A DNA stretch of 64,000 bases from Octopus vulgaris (Eukaryota): NCBI GenBank assembly GCA_951406725.2, contig OX597833.1, forward strand, positions 5,828,001 through 5,892,000. Reading direction: 5' to 3'. This document shows positions 28,080-41,147 of this stretch, one piece after another. The position numbers were made by a program, and so were the translations under genes. The notes under the pieces were generated by a model. The model saw only the letters and a program-made list of their open reading frames with translations. It was not told the origin of the DNA and did no database searches. Positions within the stretch are counted from its first letter, which is position 1. The number at the start of each line of letters is the position of its first letter.

Positions 28080-28117
<38 letters not shown>

Positions 28118-28132
28118 ATGTATACATATATG

Positions 28133-28170
<38 letters not shown>

Positions 28171-28184
28171 TATATATATATATT

Positions 28185-28243
<59 letters not shown>

Positions 28244-28797
28244 ATATATATATATATATATAATGTGTATGGTAAATGAAATATATATATGTGTGTGTGT
28301 ATACGTAGATACATATATGTGTATATACATTGAAAGACATAAACACACACACAACACACACACATACAAATACAAATATCCAGGCATAGAATGAGACAGA
28401 AATAGACTGCGCAAACGCAGTTACACACACACACTCACACACACACACACACACTCAGACATACACACACACACGCCCGATGACATCCTCATATCTAGAT
28501 ATCACAATGCGATGAGATCAAGATGACCTCAGCTAATGTATTGTCATACGGCAAAATATTGATATTTTTTTACGCTTGAGTAATCAGGCGATGAGTAACA
28601 CAAACGCGAAGCTACATGTCCATACATGTAAAAACCCTTAATGGAATCCTGCCTCATTAACTCTACCTTATGACTCATGTCAAAATAATATAACCGAATT
28701 ATATTTTAAATAACTGGGCCTCTCCCATACATTGTGGGATTCAGGTTCATATATAGGGTGACCCTTAATTCGTTCTACAAGGTAATACATACAATAT

Positions 28798-29225
28798 AGG
28801 TGCAGGGGTGGCTGTGTGGTAAGTAGCTTGCTAACCAACCACATGGTTCTGGGTTCAGTCCCACTGCGTGGCATCTTGGGCAAGAGTCTTCTGCTATAGC
28901 CCCGGGCCGACCAATGCCTTGTGAGTGGATTTGATAGACGGAAACTGAAAGAAGCCCGTCGTATATGTGTGTATATATATATGTATGCGTGTGTGTTTGT
29001 GTGTCTGTGTTTGTGCCCCCAGCATCACTTGACAACCGATGCTGGTGTGTTTATGTCCCCGTCACCTAGCGGTTCGGCAAAAGAGACCTATAGAATAAGT
29101 ACTGGGCTTACAAAGAATAAGTTCAGGGGTCGAGTTGCTCGATTAAAGGCGGTGCACCAGCATGGCCGCAGTCAAAATGACTGAAACAAGTAAAAAGAAA
29201 AAAAAAAAAAGAAAAAGAAAGAAAA
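28798..29225 (+). mobile_element. SINE-A, full length, followed by a degenerate 5' half at 29312-29470
   Basis: Matches 2497-2918. Confidence 0.9.
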
Positions 29226-29478
29226 TTATATAGAATGGTGGCTTGAATTTTGGGTCTTCCTATACTTTTGCATATATCACTGGTGTATATGTATAAGTAG
29301 TAATTTATATAGAGGTATAAGCGTGGCTGTATGGTAAAGAGGTTCCTTCTCAACCACCTAGTTCCGGGTTCAGTGTAACTGCGCGGCAACTTTGGGCAAC
29401 TGTCTACTAGTACTGGTTCAAGATCACCAAAGTTTTGTTAGTGGATTTGATACACGGAAACTGAAAGACACTCATCTA

Positions 29479-29550
<72 letters not shown>

Positions 29551-29552
29551 AT

Positions 29553-29718
29553 TAGTGAATGGAAGAAATGGAGTTGAACTAATTATATTAAACTTCAATT
29601 ATCCGCACACCATATGGTCTTATCTCCAACCGTGTTTTTTTCTGCTGTGATTTTTGCTACCCAGGTATCGGTTAAACTTTTGAATAATCCGTAACAAGAA
29701 AATTCATCTTTCCATTTC
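29553..29718 (-). mobile_element. HHR-3 family relative lacking the ribozyme segment
   Basis: Keeps aatggagttgaac and gctacccaggtatcggttaa; lies between (TA)n tracts. Confidence 0.65.
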
Positions 29719-29808
<90 letters not shown>

Positions 29809-29831
29809 TGTATGTATGTATGTATGTATAT

Positions 29832-30080
29832 AGTTAATCCATACATGAAAACACAAAGAGAAAACACAACAACGCGAGGACGTGGAACAAATATAGTATT
29901 ACAAGCGGTAAAAACGCATTTCAGTTTTATATATAGAGAGATTGGACGCTCAGGAAGGAAGGGAAGAAGGAGGGTTTAACGTTTCGAGCGGAGCTCTTCG
30001 TCGGAAGCATAGAAGAAGGAAATATCCAGAGAAGGGAAGACAGAGGAAAAAAAATCGCCAACGGTACACACGCAGTCACA
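29832..30080 (-). mobile_element. HHR-1 element with an insertion of about 40 bp; hammerhead at 29974-30008
   Basis: gtttaacgtttcgagcggagctcttcgtcggaagc on the plus strand. Confidence 0.85.
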
Positions 30081-30605
30081 TTTTGAAATATATATATAAA
30101 CATAGATAAACTTCGATGTTTCGACCAAAGATTGGTCCAGGCCATGTTTAACTTAATAGCATCACCTGATAGGATTATCTAAATCCTTTTTGAGTCAAGT
30201 TTTGCTTATGGCAATCCAGTATATACCCCGTACTTATACATACTAATCTTTCAAATCTACCGCGCAAGCGAAGCTCCTTGTAGGCAGTAAATAAAATGCC
30301 GGCTTTTCGATTCGAAAATTATCCAGAAAAATTATCAATAATTAACAATATTGCCTAGCAAATTATTTTATTTGCTAAAAATAGTCTGAAACCATTGGTC
30401 CAGGAAATAGATGGTAAATGTTTTTTATTTTTCATTACCTTCGAAATGTGGTTTTAGAGTCAAGTTTTGGCTGCTATTTCCAGCGTGGTGGTATCTCTTA
30501 GATACCCTAAATTATAATTTTAATAATAATTATTACCTTTGAAGGTTTTTATTCCCATGATGGCCACTTCATAAGATCGATCGATATTTAAATTAACGAT
30601 GTTAT

Positions 30606-30695
<90 letters not shown>

Positions 30696-30721
30696 TATAT
30701 AAAATATATATATACATATAT

Positions 30722-31127
30722 GCGCAGGAGTGGCTGTGTGGTAAGTAGCTTGCTAACCAACCACATGGTTCCGGGTTCAGTCTCACTGCGTGACATCTTG
30801 GGCAAGTATCTTCTGCTATAGCCCCGGGCCGACCAATGCCTTGTGAGTGGATTGGGATGACGGAAACTGAAAGAGGCCTGTCGTATATATGTATATATAT
30901 ATATGTGTTTGTGTGTGTTTGTGTGTCTGTGTTTGTCCCTCTAGCATTGCTTGACAACCGATGCTGGTGTGTTTACATCCCCGTCACTTAGCGGTGCGGC
31001 AAAAAGAGACCGATAGAATAAGTACTGGGCTTACAAAGAATAAGTCCCGGGGTCGATTTGCTTGACTAAAAGGCGGTGCTCCAGCATGGCCGCAGTCAAA
31101 TGACTGAAACAAGTAAAAGAGTAAAGA

Positions 31128-31128
<1 letters not shown>
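30722..31128 (+). mobile_element. SINE-A, full length
   Basis: Matches 2497-2918. Confidence 0.9.
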
Positions 31129-31189
<61 letters not shown>

Positions 31190-31195
<6 letters not shown>

Positions 31196-31559
31196 GGCAG
31201 TTTGTCTGTGCGTGTTTCTGTGTGTCTGTTTGCTTGTACCCTCACCCTGACCACGGCTTTCAACCGATTCTGATGAAACTTGACACACACATAGCCCAAT
31301 GTCATAATTCAAAACTAACGCAGCGAAAATTTTGAAAAGTTCCCCCAGTTCTGAAAAAATCGATAAATTCGACATGGGGTCGAGAATCAGAAACACATAC
31401 CACAAACTGTCTAGGGGACGCAACTCCACCTTTTTTAATCTCAAAAAAAATTTACCATCATTTTTTTCCATTTTTTTGCTATTTTTTGGTTATAACTCTC
31501 TAAAAATGCTTTATAGTTATTTCCCTTACAAACCTGAGCAACGCCGGCGATACTGCTAG
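31190..31559 (+). mobile_element. Non-autonomous Helitron
   Basis: Degenerate 3' hairpin cctgagcaacgccgg, then CTAG|T at 31556-31560. 5' gtctgt repeats and aaccgattctgatgaaacttg are typical of small animal Helitrons. Confidence 0.75.
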
Positions 31560-31997
31560 TATATGATAGATAGAAACTTGCATACATACATGTACGCGTA
31601 TATATACGTATGAAGGCCCGTGTCTCTTTGTGACCTTGTCTTTCCTCCTACAGGTGCTGGTTTAATCGGCGGTGGTTTATACGTTAGGGACACCGTCCTT
31701 GAAATGAAAAATACTCAACTAAAAACAGAACAATTAAGGTATTGGAAACCCCTCTTCTTTTATACTTTCATTATTCTGCTTGTTTCAGTCGCTGGACTGT
31801 GGTCATGCTGGAGCAACGCCTCGAAATCAGTCAGATTGACTTTGGGATTATACGTAAGTAAGGCACTTGTTCTCGTGTCAACTTTTTTTGTCGACCCCTT
31901 ATGTTACAAGTACTTAAGCAAATCGACACCGGATGCTAAACGTTGAAACGGAAAACTAAGTCTAAAACACACACACATACACTATATACATACATAC

Positions 31998-32059
<62 letters not shown>

Positions 32060-32469
32060 ATAACGAGTGAGAGGGAGAGAGAGAATGAGAAGGCGGAAAG
32101 ATTATTGATGCGTGTATATGTGTGTGTCTAGTGTAAGTGCCCCATATGCACTCACAAAGCATTGGTTTAGTTTAAAATGCATTTTACGATTTTAGTGCAA
32201 CTTTAATTAATTTTAAGTCAGCCTGCATCATTACTTGGCTCGTTAATTAGCGAGTGTAATATCCTATGAAGTTGTATTCACCGTGGGGTGCAGCTGTATC
32301 ATCAGACATATGGTGTAGGGTTAAGATACAGCCTGAATTATTATCCGTCGTATTTATTTACATTGTGAAGGATCGTTGGTTCCCAAGTTACGTTATGAGA
32401 GACAGCATGTGGTACATCAGACTCTTTGGACGTAGAGTTAGTCGGTTTCTGCATTTTAAACTTGTTATA

Positions 32470-33165
32470 TTGGTTTCAAATTTTGGTTCAAAACAGTAAT
32501 TTTGAGCGAGTCACTATGCTCAACTGGTACTTATTTTATCGACCCCAGAAGAATAAAATGTAAAATTGACCTCGGTGGAATTTGAACTCAGAACATAAAG
32601 ACTGACGAAATGCCGGTAAGCGTTTTCTCCGGCGTGCTAACGGTTCAGCCAGCTCACTGCTTTGTTTCCTAATTTATATAACATTGTAAATTTGAACGTA
32701 TTATATGGTGACTTGGAGCAAAGCGCCGAGCTGGCAGAGTCGTTAGTACGCCTGACAAAATGCTTGATGGCGTTTCGTCCGGCTATACGTTCTGAGTTCA
32801 AATACAGATGATGTCGACTTATATCCTTTCGGAGTTGATCAATTAAGTATTAACTAGTTGGGTACTTAGGTCGATAAAATCTACATTTCCAGTTCTCCCA
32901 AAAGCAACAAAAAAAAAACCTGTTAACTCTGTGACAGATTTGAAATCGTTATAGGAGGGCCTGCATTTTAAAGCAGTGAGCTGGAAGAATCGTTAGCTCA
33001 TCGCCAAAAAACAAAAAACAAAAACACCTTGTATTCGCATTTTTATGTTAAAGTTATGAATTCAAATTCCGTCAAAGTCAACTTTGCGTTTATCTCTCGT
33101 GTTGGATTCCATCGACTAATCCGTCTATTCAAAACTGTTGGGCTTGTGTCTAAATTGAAACCCAT
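32470..33165. mobile_element. Cluster of three old SINE-B copies (one minus, two plus)
   Basis: Diverged heads gagctggcaga / gagctggaaga and core remnants. Confidence 0.7.
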
Positions 33166-33642
33166 TATACGAAGTCTGATCAATAAGCATCTCGACTGGT
33201 GCTATAAAAACAAAACTATAGCCCGTACCAATTTGACATTTAATCTCCTTCAAAGTAGAGCCCTTCGGAAGCCACACACTTGACCCTACGCTGTTTCCAT
33301 TGATGGAAGCGTGTTCCCGGAACTCGTTTTCGGCGATAATCAACAGCTTGTTCGTCGCATTCACTTGTGTGTACAATTTGACGTATGACTGCAACTGGGG
33401 AGTTTAGAACTCCGTGTAGAGTATCGTCATTCAGTGCCCTTTCAGTCTGGTGGGGGGGGGGTTACTAGTGACTTACCTGACCCAGGACTTTATGGCTACA
33501 AAAGGAGGAACCCCCAGCCTGGACTCCTTCCACCGTCATTTGCCTCTGGCCAGTCGTGGCCACATCGGCCCCAGTTGTGGCCTTGTAAGCCAGTCGTGGC
33601 CATGTAGGCCCTCATACACCCACATACACTTATGTACATACA

Positions 33643-34003
33643 TTATGGCTGCCCCCTCGTTATCGAGTATGGCCATTGCACGAAGCTTAACTATTATTGG
33701 TGCTGTGATCGAATGGGATGTGTTAGCCCAGCTAAAGATCTACAATGTCTTGTACAGAATTGGCAGCTAAAACCTTTACCGGTAATAGCCGGCTGTAGTT
33801 GTAATTGGGCTTCGTGTACCTTTGCATGTCGTTTAAGTCCTCCTGCCGAATTGCACTCTCTTCCACATGCCCGACAGATATGATTAGTATGGTGTGTAAC
33901 ACCACCACCAGTGGTCAGGTTGTCACTCATCTGTCTCGCTTTATGACTACCAAAATGACTCTTGAGTCCAGCTTCACTGAGGCAGGGTCTTGCACAGACA
34001 CTG
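33643..34003 (-). mobile_element. 3' end of an RTE-clade LINE with three C2H2-like fingers
   Basis: CSVCARPCLSEAGLKSH, CRACGRECNSAGGLKRH and CQFCTRHCRSLAGLTH, then stop and RTE-style 3' end atggccatactcgataacgagggggcagcc into an ATGT tail. The 5' side is truncated in (TATG)n. Confidence 0.75.
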
Positions 34004-34123
34004 TACATACATACATACATACATACATACATACATACATACATACATACACACACAAATACATACATACATACATACATACATACATAAATACATACAT
34101 ACATACATACATACATACATACA

Positions 34124-34154
<31 letters not shown>

Positions 34155-34639
34155 TCACACGCACATATATCTATACCTCTGTAGAAACAATCTATTGAAC
34201 CCGTTTCAACGGTTCTTACCTGTGAAAAGTCGTTTCAAGCTGAAAGTCAAGTAGAACGGACAGCCATAACAACCATTTCAAAACGATTTTCAACTTTTGT
34301 GCTTTACTTTCGTTTCCTGCCAACTTTCCTTGCTCTATTCACGCATGACCACCCGGACATTTAAAAGCAGAAATATATTTTGTTGTTGTTAGTGGTGTTA
34401 TTGTAGCTTTCATTGATTTTATGACTGTTTTGTTGTTGTTGTTGTTGTGTTCTGACGCGGTGTTTCCTCGTCTATTTTTGAACTGTTTAAAAACTCATCG
34501 AATTAATTCAACCCGAGTGAATATGTATGAGTGGAGGGCGTCCAGGTCTGTTTCGTAGTGGTGGAGGTAGTGACTGAGGAGGCAGTGTTGGTGGTAGTGT
34601 CGAGGGTAGTGGAATTGGAGGTAGGGGTTATTATACTAT

Positions 34640-35090
34640 CACTACTACCACCACCACCACCGCCACCACCACAACTACCACCACTACAATCACCACCACC
34701 ACTACAAACACCACCACTACCACTACAATCACCATCACTAACTCCACAACCACCACCACCACAACCACCATCACCACAACCACCACCACCACTACCACTA
34801 CAATCACCATCACTACCTCCACAACCACCACCACCACCATCACCACAACCACCACCACCACTACCACTACAATCACCATCACTACCTCCACAACCACCAC
34901 CACCACCACCACCATCACCACGACCGCCGCCACTACAATCACCACCACCACCACTACCTCCACAACCACCATCGCCACAACCACCACCACAACAATCACC
35001 ACCACCACCACCACTACCACTACAATCACCATCACTACCTCCACAACCACCACCACCACCATCACCACGACCGCCGCCGCCGACGCCACC
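34640..35090. repeat. Cryptic (ACC)n-based repeat with higher-order units of about 55-60 bp
   Basis: Recurring ccactaccactacaatcaccatcactacctccacaacc. Confidence 0.9.
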
Positions 35091-35248
35091 AAAAGTGCAA
35101 AACGATGTTTTAAGACTGTGTTTTCTTCTGGTCGTTGGCGATACATTCTAACTTAGAGTTCACACGGTTTAACATAATCCTGGCCGTGTTTTTCTATGTT
35201 AATCCTGTTATTTGGATATTTTAGCTTTACAAAGCAACAAATATTATA

Positions 35249-35838
35249 TTTTGTTGTGTCTGGGGAGAGTCATTTTCTTTTTGTGCCTTATAATGTAACA
35301 CACTCACCGGTAAAATTTCCACTTATTTCTTATTTTTATTTTCCTAAAATTTTCGTTGCGTCTTGCAACATTTTCAATAGTTTTGACTCTCAAAGAGTCT
35401 TGCAACCTTTTCAATAGTTTTGACTCTCAAAGAGTCTTCCAACCTTTTCAATAGTCTTGACTCTCAAAGAGTCTTGCAACCTTTTCAATAGTTTTGACTC
35501 TCAAAGAGTCTTGCAACCTTTTCAATAGTTTTGACTCTCAAAGAGTCTTCCAACCTTTTCAATAGTCTTGACTCTCAAAGAGTCTTGCAACCTTTTCAAT
35601 AGTTTTGACTCTCAAAGAGTCTTCCAACCTTTTCAATAGTTTTGACTCTCAAAGAGTCTTGCAACCTTTTCAATAGTTTTGACTCTCAAAGAGTCTTCCA
35701 ACCTTTTCAATAGTTTTGACTCTCAAAGAGTCTTGCAACCTTTTCAATAGTCTTGACTCTCAAAGAGTCTTGCAACCATTTCAATAGTCTTGACTATGAG
35801 GCACAAAAAGAAAATGACTCTCCCCAGACACAACAGAA
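35249..35838. mobile_element. MITE with TIRs of about 44 bp, TA flanks and an internal minisatellite
   Basis: ttttgttgtgtctggggagagtcattttctttttgtgccttata / tatgaggcacaaaaagaaaatgactctccccagacacaacagaa. Confidence 0.85.
35360..35795. repeat. 37-bp minisatellite, about 11.7 copies
   Basis: Unit ttttcaatagttttgactctcaaagagtcttgcaacc, containing the palindrome gactct-caa-agagtc. Confidence 0.95.
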
Positions 35839-36267
35839 TATGCTTCAACACTCGAACTCATATAAAGAATCTTGCAAACCAAATCCCAAAACGAAATATT
35901 ATATTTCTTCATTACAATTTCAACATCTTGTCAGTAAATATCCATGTGTATATACCTATATACACCCATATATAACCTGACTTTACACTCACTATAGATT
36001 CACACCAACAATAAACGCTCAGTTGTTATTCTTAAAAGTGATTTAAATAATAAAATTACATATGTAAGTATACATACATTGCCACCCCAGCGCTCTGTGG
36101 TGGTCTTTTTCGCTGCTAAGGTGATGGTGGGTGGTCTTCCCCCTTTCAGGCCTTGTGGGGCAGGATCTACTTAGGTCATGGTTGCCTAGGTTAATATATG
36201 TATATATATATAAATATATATATATATACATAAATACAAATACACAAATACAGACATATATATGCAT

Positions 36268-36460
36268 ATACGGCAGGCTTCTTTCAGTTTCCGTCTACCA
36301 AATCCACTCACAAGGCTTTGGTCGGGCCGAGGCTATAGCAGAAGATAGTTGCTTAAGGTGCCACACGGTGGAACAAAGAAGAGAGTTACACAACAGAAAG
36401 ATAGTTACATGAAGCTAGCTGGTTGCTATAACAACATATGGGAAGCAAACTTCTTACCAC
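36268..36460 (-). mobile_element. SINE-A 5' part, interrupted
   Basis: ggcttctttcagtttccgtctaccaaatccactcacaagg block. Confidence 0.75.
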
Positions 36461-36499
36461 ACACACACACGCACACACACACACACACACACATACAAT

Positions 36500-37112
36500 A
36501 TCTAGATACAGTGATTATGTCAAAAGACTGAGGTTACCCAATAAACTTAGTAAAGTTGCTTATCATCATTTTGTGTGTTACGCTACAAATAAAGATACAG
36601 AAATGAGAAAAGTCATGTTTGCAATCCAATATGATTAATGAGTACGATGGTATATTAAACCTTGTTTTAAGGGGGAAAGTAGATAGCTCCACTGTTGAAA
36701 AAATAATTGGTGCTAAAATATTTTGTTAGATTGTGTAGTGATATCTATAACTTGAAATAAATTGTAAACACAACTGACTGGCGCCAACAAATAGCAAAAG
36801 AACTCAATGAACAAGTTTCTAACTTATTCCGAAGAGTTTCGACTGATGATGTATGATTATAGATAAAAAATGCGTTACTGATCTGGGAAATATGTAAACT
36901 TTCTCGAAATTTAATAGTGGAATGAAATATTTACCGAGTGTTCATTGATATATTCTTAACATTTGGGTGGATTACATTATTAAAAAGAGAAGAAAAAAAC
37001 AGGAAAAGCGGTCTTAAATGTTTATAAAAGAAGCTTAAGAGACCGGAAACCCATAATGTGTGGATCAACAACGGCAAAGAATTTTATAATACAGAGGTGC
37101 AAAAGATATTGC
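36500..37112 (+). pseudogene. Decayed Polinton/Maverick (adintovirus-like) fragment: PLA2X-like domain followed by retroviral-type integrase N-terminus
   Basis: Across frameshifts and stops: [121 protein letters not shown]. Confidence 0.8.
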
Positions 37113-37170
37113 ACGGTATACATAAATGCATATATATATATATAAATTCATATATACATACATAAATATG

Positions 37171-37293
<123 letters not shown>

Positions 37294-37464
37294 CAGGATT
37301 CAAGAGAATCAGGTGCTTAAATTGTAAAGCACCAAAATTAGAACGGTGATAGTGCTATCGTGTACAAACAATATTTAGGACAAATAGGTATATATATTTG
37401 TATGTACGTGTGTGTGTCTGTATGTGTGTGTGTATGTGTGTGTATGTGTATATGTATACATATA

Positions 37465-37642
37465 GGAAGAGGTTCTGAAAACTTCCTGGCTTTAAGGGTG
37501 TCGCGAAAAGCCTGGTTGGAAGCCTAGGATCGCTGCATAAAGTGTGTGAATCTGAGAGAGGAGTATTTTGCATAAAATCATAATTCAATGATCCTCCTCT
37601 ATTTTCTCTTACTCAAAGCCAGGAACTTTTCAACACCCTTCG
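37465..37642 (+). mobile_element. Mariner-derived MITE (third family) with both TIRs
   Basis: ggaagaggttctgaaaacttcctggcttt / aaagccaggaactttttcaacacccttcg, TA flanks. Confidence 0.82.
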
Positions 37643-37700
<58 letters not shown>

Positions 37701-37701
<1 letters not shown>

Positions 37702-38962
37702 GAGGGGCGTTCAATAAGTAATGCCCCTGACCAACTTGCAGTTGTTTGATCTAGCTGAAATTTTGCATGTACACTTATTTATACCTCTATAGATTAAGTG
37801 GCGAATTACAGCTCTGAACTAATTGTGGTTTCTTATTTACAGGTGTTTGAACTGAGTCAAGTGTGAAATGGAGCCTGTTGAGTGTCGAGCAGTGATCTGG
37901 TTTTTGTATTTGAAAGGACGCACACCACGGGAGACTTTTGATGAAATGAAAGTAACTTATGGTGATGATGCCCCATCATATGACCTTGTAAAACGCTGGC
38001 ATTGTGAATTCAAACATAGTCGGAACTCTGTGGAAACAGCTCCCAGATCTAGTCGCCCCCTTCTGCCGTTGATGAGACGTCTGTCCGTCAAGTTGAGGCT
38101 GCCATTTTGGAAGGTCAATGCATAACTATTCGTCAAATAGCCCATGAGGTCAAGATTAGTATCGGGTCTGTGGAAACTATCATTCATGACCATTTGCATA
38201 TGCAAAAGGTGTCTGCCAGATGGATTCCCAGGTTGCTCACACCTTTCCAGAAGCAAGAACGCGTCGAGTGCTCGAGGATGAATTTGGAGATGTGCCAAGA
38301 AGATGAGTCAAAATTTTTCAAAAGACTGATCACACAGGATAAAACCTGGGTCCATCACTATGATCCAGAGACCAAAGCCCAGTCAATGCAGTGAAAGCAC
38401 CGTGACTCACCTCCTCCAAAGAAGGCAAGGGTGCAGCCCTCCGCTGACAAGGTTATGCTCACAGTCTTCTGGGACCAGGACGGAGTAGTGATGACAGATT
38501 TCCTGGCAAAAGGTACCACAATTACAGGAGCCTATTATGCTTCACTTTTGAGGAAATTAAGAGAAGCTATCAAAATCAAGAGGCGGGGCAAGATCAGCAA
38601 AGGCATCCTCCTCCTGCAGGACAACGCTCCGGTCCACAACTCGCGTGTCGCCAGATCAGAAGCACAGGCGTGCAGCTATGAACTTGCACCCTCTGATTTT
38701 CACCTCTTCCCAGCCATGAAGTTGATTTTGAAAGGAAAGCGTTTCCCAGATGATGCAGCCTTGATTTCTGAAGTCACGTCGTGGTTGGAGGACCAAGCTG
38801 GGGTCTTCTACAAAAACGGTCTCCAGAGCTGTATCAAACGATGGGAGGAATGCATAACTCTGGGTAGTTCCTATGTAGGAAAAGACTAATAACTGTGCCA
38901 AGTGTCGTTGCTCTACTGCTATGGGAAGTGGTTCAGGGGCATTACTTATTGAACGCCCCTCG
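37701..38962 (+). mobile_element. Near full-length mariner transposon (irritans-like), 1262 bp
   Basis: Perfect 30-bp TIRs cgaggggcgttcaataagtaatgcccctga; inserted in (TA)n. Confidence 0.96.
37868..38889 (+). pseudogene. Mariner transposase pseudogene
   Basis: HTH region MEPVECRAVIWFL, WIPRLL, ITQDKTWVHHYDPETK, VFWD, LLQDNAPVH, LAPSDFHLF. One frameshift near 38060-38110, one W-to-stop at 38392, and a deletion removing the HPPYSPD motif. Confidence 0.95.
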
Positions 38963-39174
38963 TATATATATATATAATTTACAAGATAAGGGCAGAAGAA
39001 AAATTCTAATGCCAAATATGCCGAAACAAAAAATTGTCGATAACCATTATAATTTATGCGTCTCGAAACAAACCGATAGAGGCATTTTTTGATATGCTGG
39101 CCACTGATAAAATTTTTTTCCCGAAAAAAATTTTATCCTATATTAAATATATACATATATATATATATATATAT

Positions 39175-39334
39175 AGGAGTGGTTGTGTCGTAAGTAGCTT
39201 GCTAACCAACCACATTGTTCCGGGTTCAGTCCCACTGCGTGGCATCTTGGGCAAGTGTCTTCTGCTATGGCCTCGGGCCGACCAATACCTTGCGAGTGGA
39301 TTTGGTAGACGGAAACTGAAAGAAGCCTGTCGTA

Positions 39335-39375
<41 letters not shown>

Positions 39376-39592
39376 GTGTGTGTTAGTGTGTCTGTGTTTG
39401 TCCCCCTAGCATTGCTTGACAACCGATGCTGGTGTGTTTACGTCCCCCTCACTTAGCGGTTCGACAAAAGAGACCGATAGAATAAGTACTGGACTTACAA
39501 AGAATAAGTCCCGGGGTCGATTTGCTCGACTAAAGGCGGTGCTCCAGCATGACCGCAGTCAAATGACTGAAACAAGTAAAAGAGTAAAAGAG
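39175..39592 (+). mobile_element. SINE-A, near full length
   Basis: Matches 2497-2918. Confidence 0.9.
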
Positions 39593-40106
39593 TATATATA
39601 CGTAATTAGGATAACGTCATTATTTTATGATTTATTAGTGGCCAGCATACTAAAATACTGTAATGGTTAATTTATATTAAAATTATAATAAGGGTGGTGA
39701 ATGATTATATATATGCCAAAGGAAAAGCAGTAACCGACTAAGGGATAAAAGTATCCGTATTTACTATCGGTATCAATTACCTGTGCTATCCCTGGGCATG
39801 GGCATGCTGTCACACTATGCTCATAAGGTACAGGTAACAACAGAATAAACAAAAGTTTATTAGGAATCAAGTTTAAATAATCAGAAAATGGAGAAAACCT
39901 TTGATCAGTAAACAAATTCGACCACGCCTGTAGATCCTTTTGTAATACAAAACATGGCATAACATTTCTATGACGTAACATTTCTTACGGCCGTTTCCGC
40001 TTCCAGTGCCAGTCAGTGCTTACGAAAGGATTTCGAAAATAATATTCGTCATCTTTATAGGACATTCGCTCTAATACAAGATGGCAAGATGATCTCACAA
40101 AATATA

Positions 40107-40152
<46 letters not shown>

Positions 40153-40871
40153 ACACACACACATACAGAGTGAATTCAAATGCGTAAAATAAAATAAACG
40201 AAGGGAAGAAGGAATAGGAAAGAATAGGTCCTCGAGAAGAGGCCAGAAGGTTCAATATATTAAAATCATACCATCTTCCAGTATGGAGCTTTGAAGTCGA
40301 TAGGCAAAAGTGTGAACTAGCAGTGGTATAGGGAAATATTTACGGGTTATTTCTTTATAAAGTGGGGATCCAGGCCGTTTGAATAGTAGTGAAGTGAAGC
40401 TAGAAATAAAATAAGACAGGGATTAATAATATGTCTAGAAAAAGAATAGCACTTATGATATCGTAAATAGGGCTAGTTAATACTTAACCACAAAACCGTA
40501 GGGATCTTATAAGGGTGTACTTACTGAAATATTGTAGAGACCACCACCTGTTGTCCGCACTGGAATTGACCAAAATCTAGCCATCTCTACAATTGGTCAA
40601 TTGTATTTGAACTAAGGGTAAACGTTAAGACCGTTACAAGGGATATGTAAATAAGGAAGAAAACGAACCAGTAAATAAAGGGTGCCGGGGTGAAGACTAT
40701 GATATAAGTGGTGCGAGGCCGCTTATGGTCTTCTGCAACTTTTCAACATAACATAAACAAGGATAAAATAAATAGTTAAATACTGTCATTCCAGCTGGTA
40801 TAATTTTTTTTATAGTTAAGGGGACACAACTAGAAGAGGTGCATACGAGTAGAATAACACACAGTAAAATT

Positions 40872-40923
<52 letters not shown>

Positions 40924-40926
<3 letters not shown>

Positions 40927-41119
40927 TAATCCAAACAAGAAGCCACAAAAAAAACCACAACAACGCGAGGACGTGGAACAAATATAGTATTATTGGACGC
41001 TCAGGAAAGAAGGGAAGAAGGAGGGTTTAACGTTTCGAGCGGAGCTCTTCGTCGGAAACATAGGAGAAGGAAAGATCCCGAGAAGGGAAGACAGAGGAAA
41101 AAAAATCGCCAACGGTACA
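40924..41119 (-). mobile_element. HHR-1 element between (TA)n tracts
   Basis: Fourth copy of the family, with the best-preserved ribozyme. Confidence 0.87.
41025..41059 (-). ncRNA. Minimal type I hammerhead ribozyme motif (U4C core variant)
   Basis: GUUU-CCGACGA-A-GAGC-UCC-GCUC-GAAA-C-GUU-AAAC: helices I and II fully paired, loopless palindromic helix III ACGU. Confidence 0.78.
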
Positions 41120-41147
41120 ACATATATATATATATATATATATATGT

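Noticed and set aside
30108-30146. Possible hammerhead on the minus strand (CUG-GACCAA-UCU-UUGGUC-GAAAC)
   Set aside because: The core lacks ANGA, and no helix I or cleavage triplet can be formed.
33694-34164. Host C2H2 zinc-finger gene
   Set aside because: No TGEKP linkers; the fingers match the RTE LINE C-terminal type; an RTE-like 3' end follows and the N-terminus is microsatellite.
34531-35151. Proline-rich extensin/formin-like ORF
   Set aside because: An ACC-based simple repeat, also open on the opposite strand as poly-Val, with no supporting unique coding sequence.
35360-35795. CRISPR-like array of 37-bp palindromic repeats
   Set aside because: Units are contiguous with no unique spacers, there are no cas genes, and the context is eukaryotic, inside a MITE.
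37868-38889. Active mariner transposase or SETMAR-like host gene
   Set aside because: It has a frameshift, an internal stop and loss of the YSPD motif; there is no SET domain; and it is bounded by TIRs.
38985-39045. Possible plus-strand hammerhead (GGCA...UGCC-GAAACAAAAAAUUGUC)
   Set aside because: No CUGANGA upstream and no helix I.
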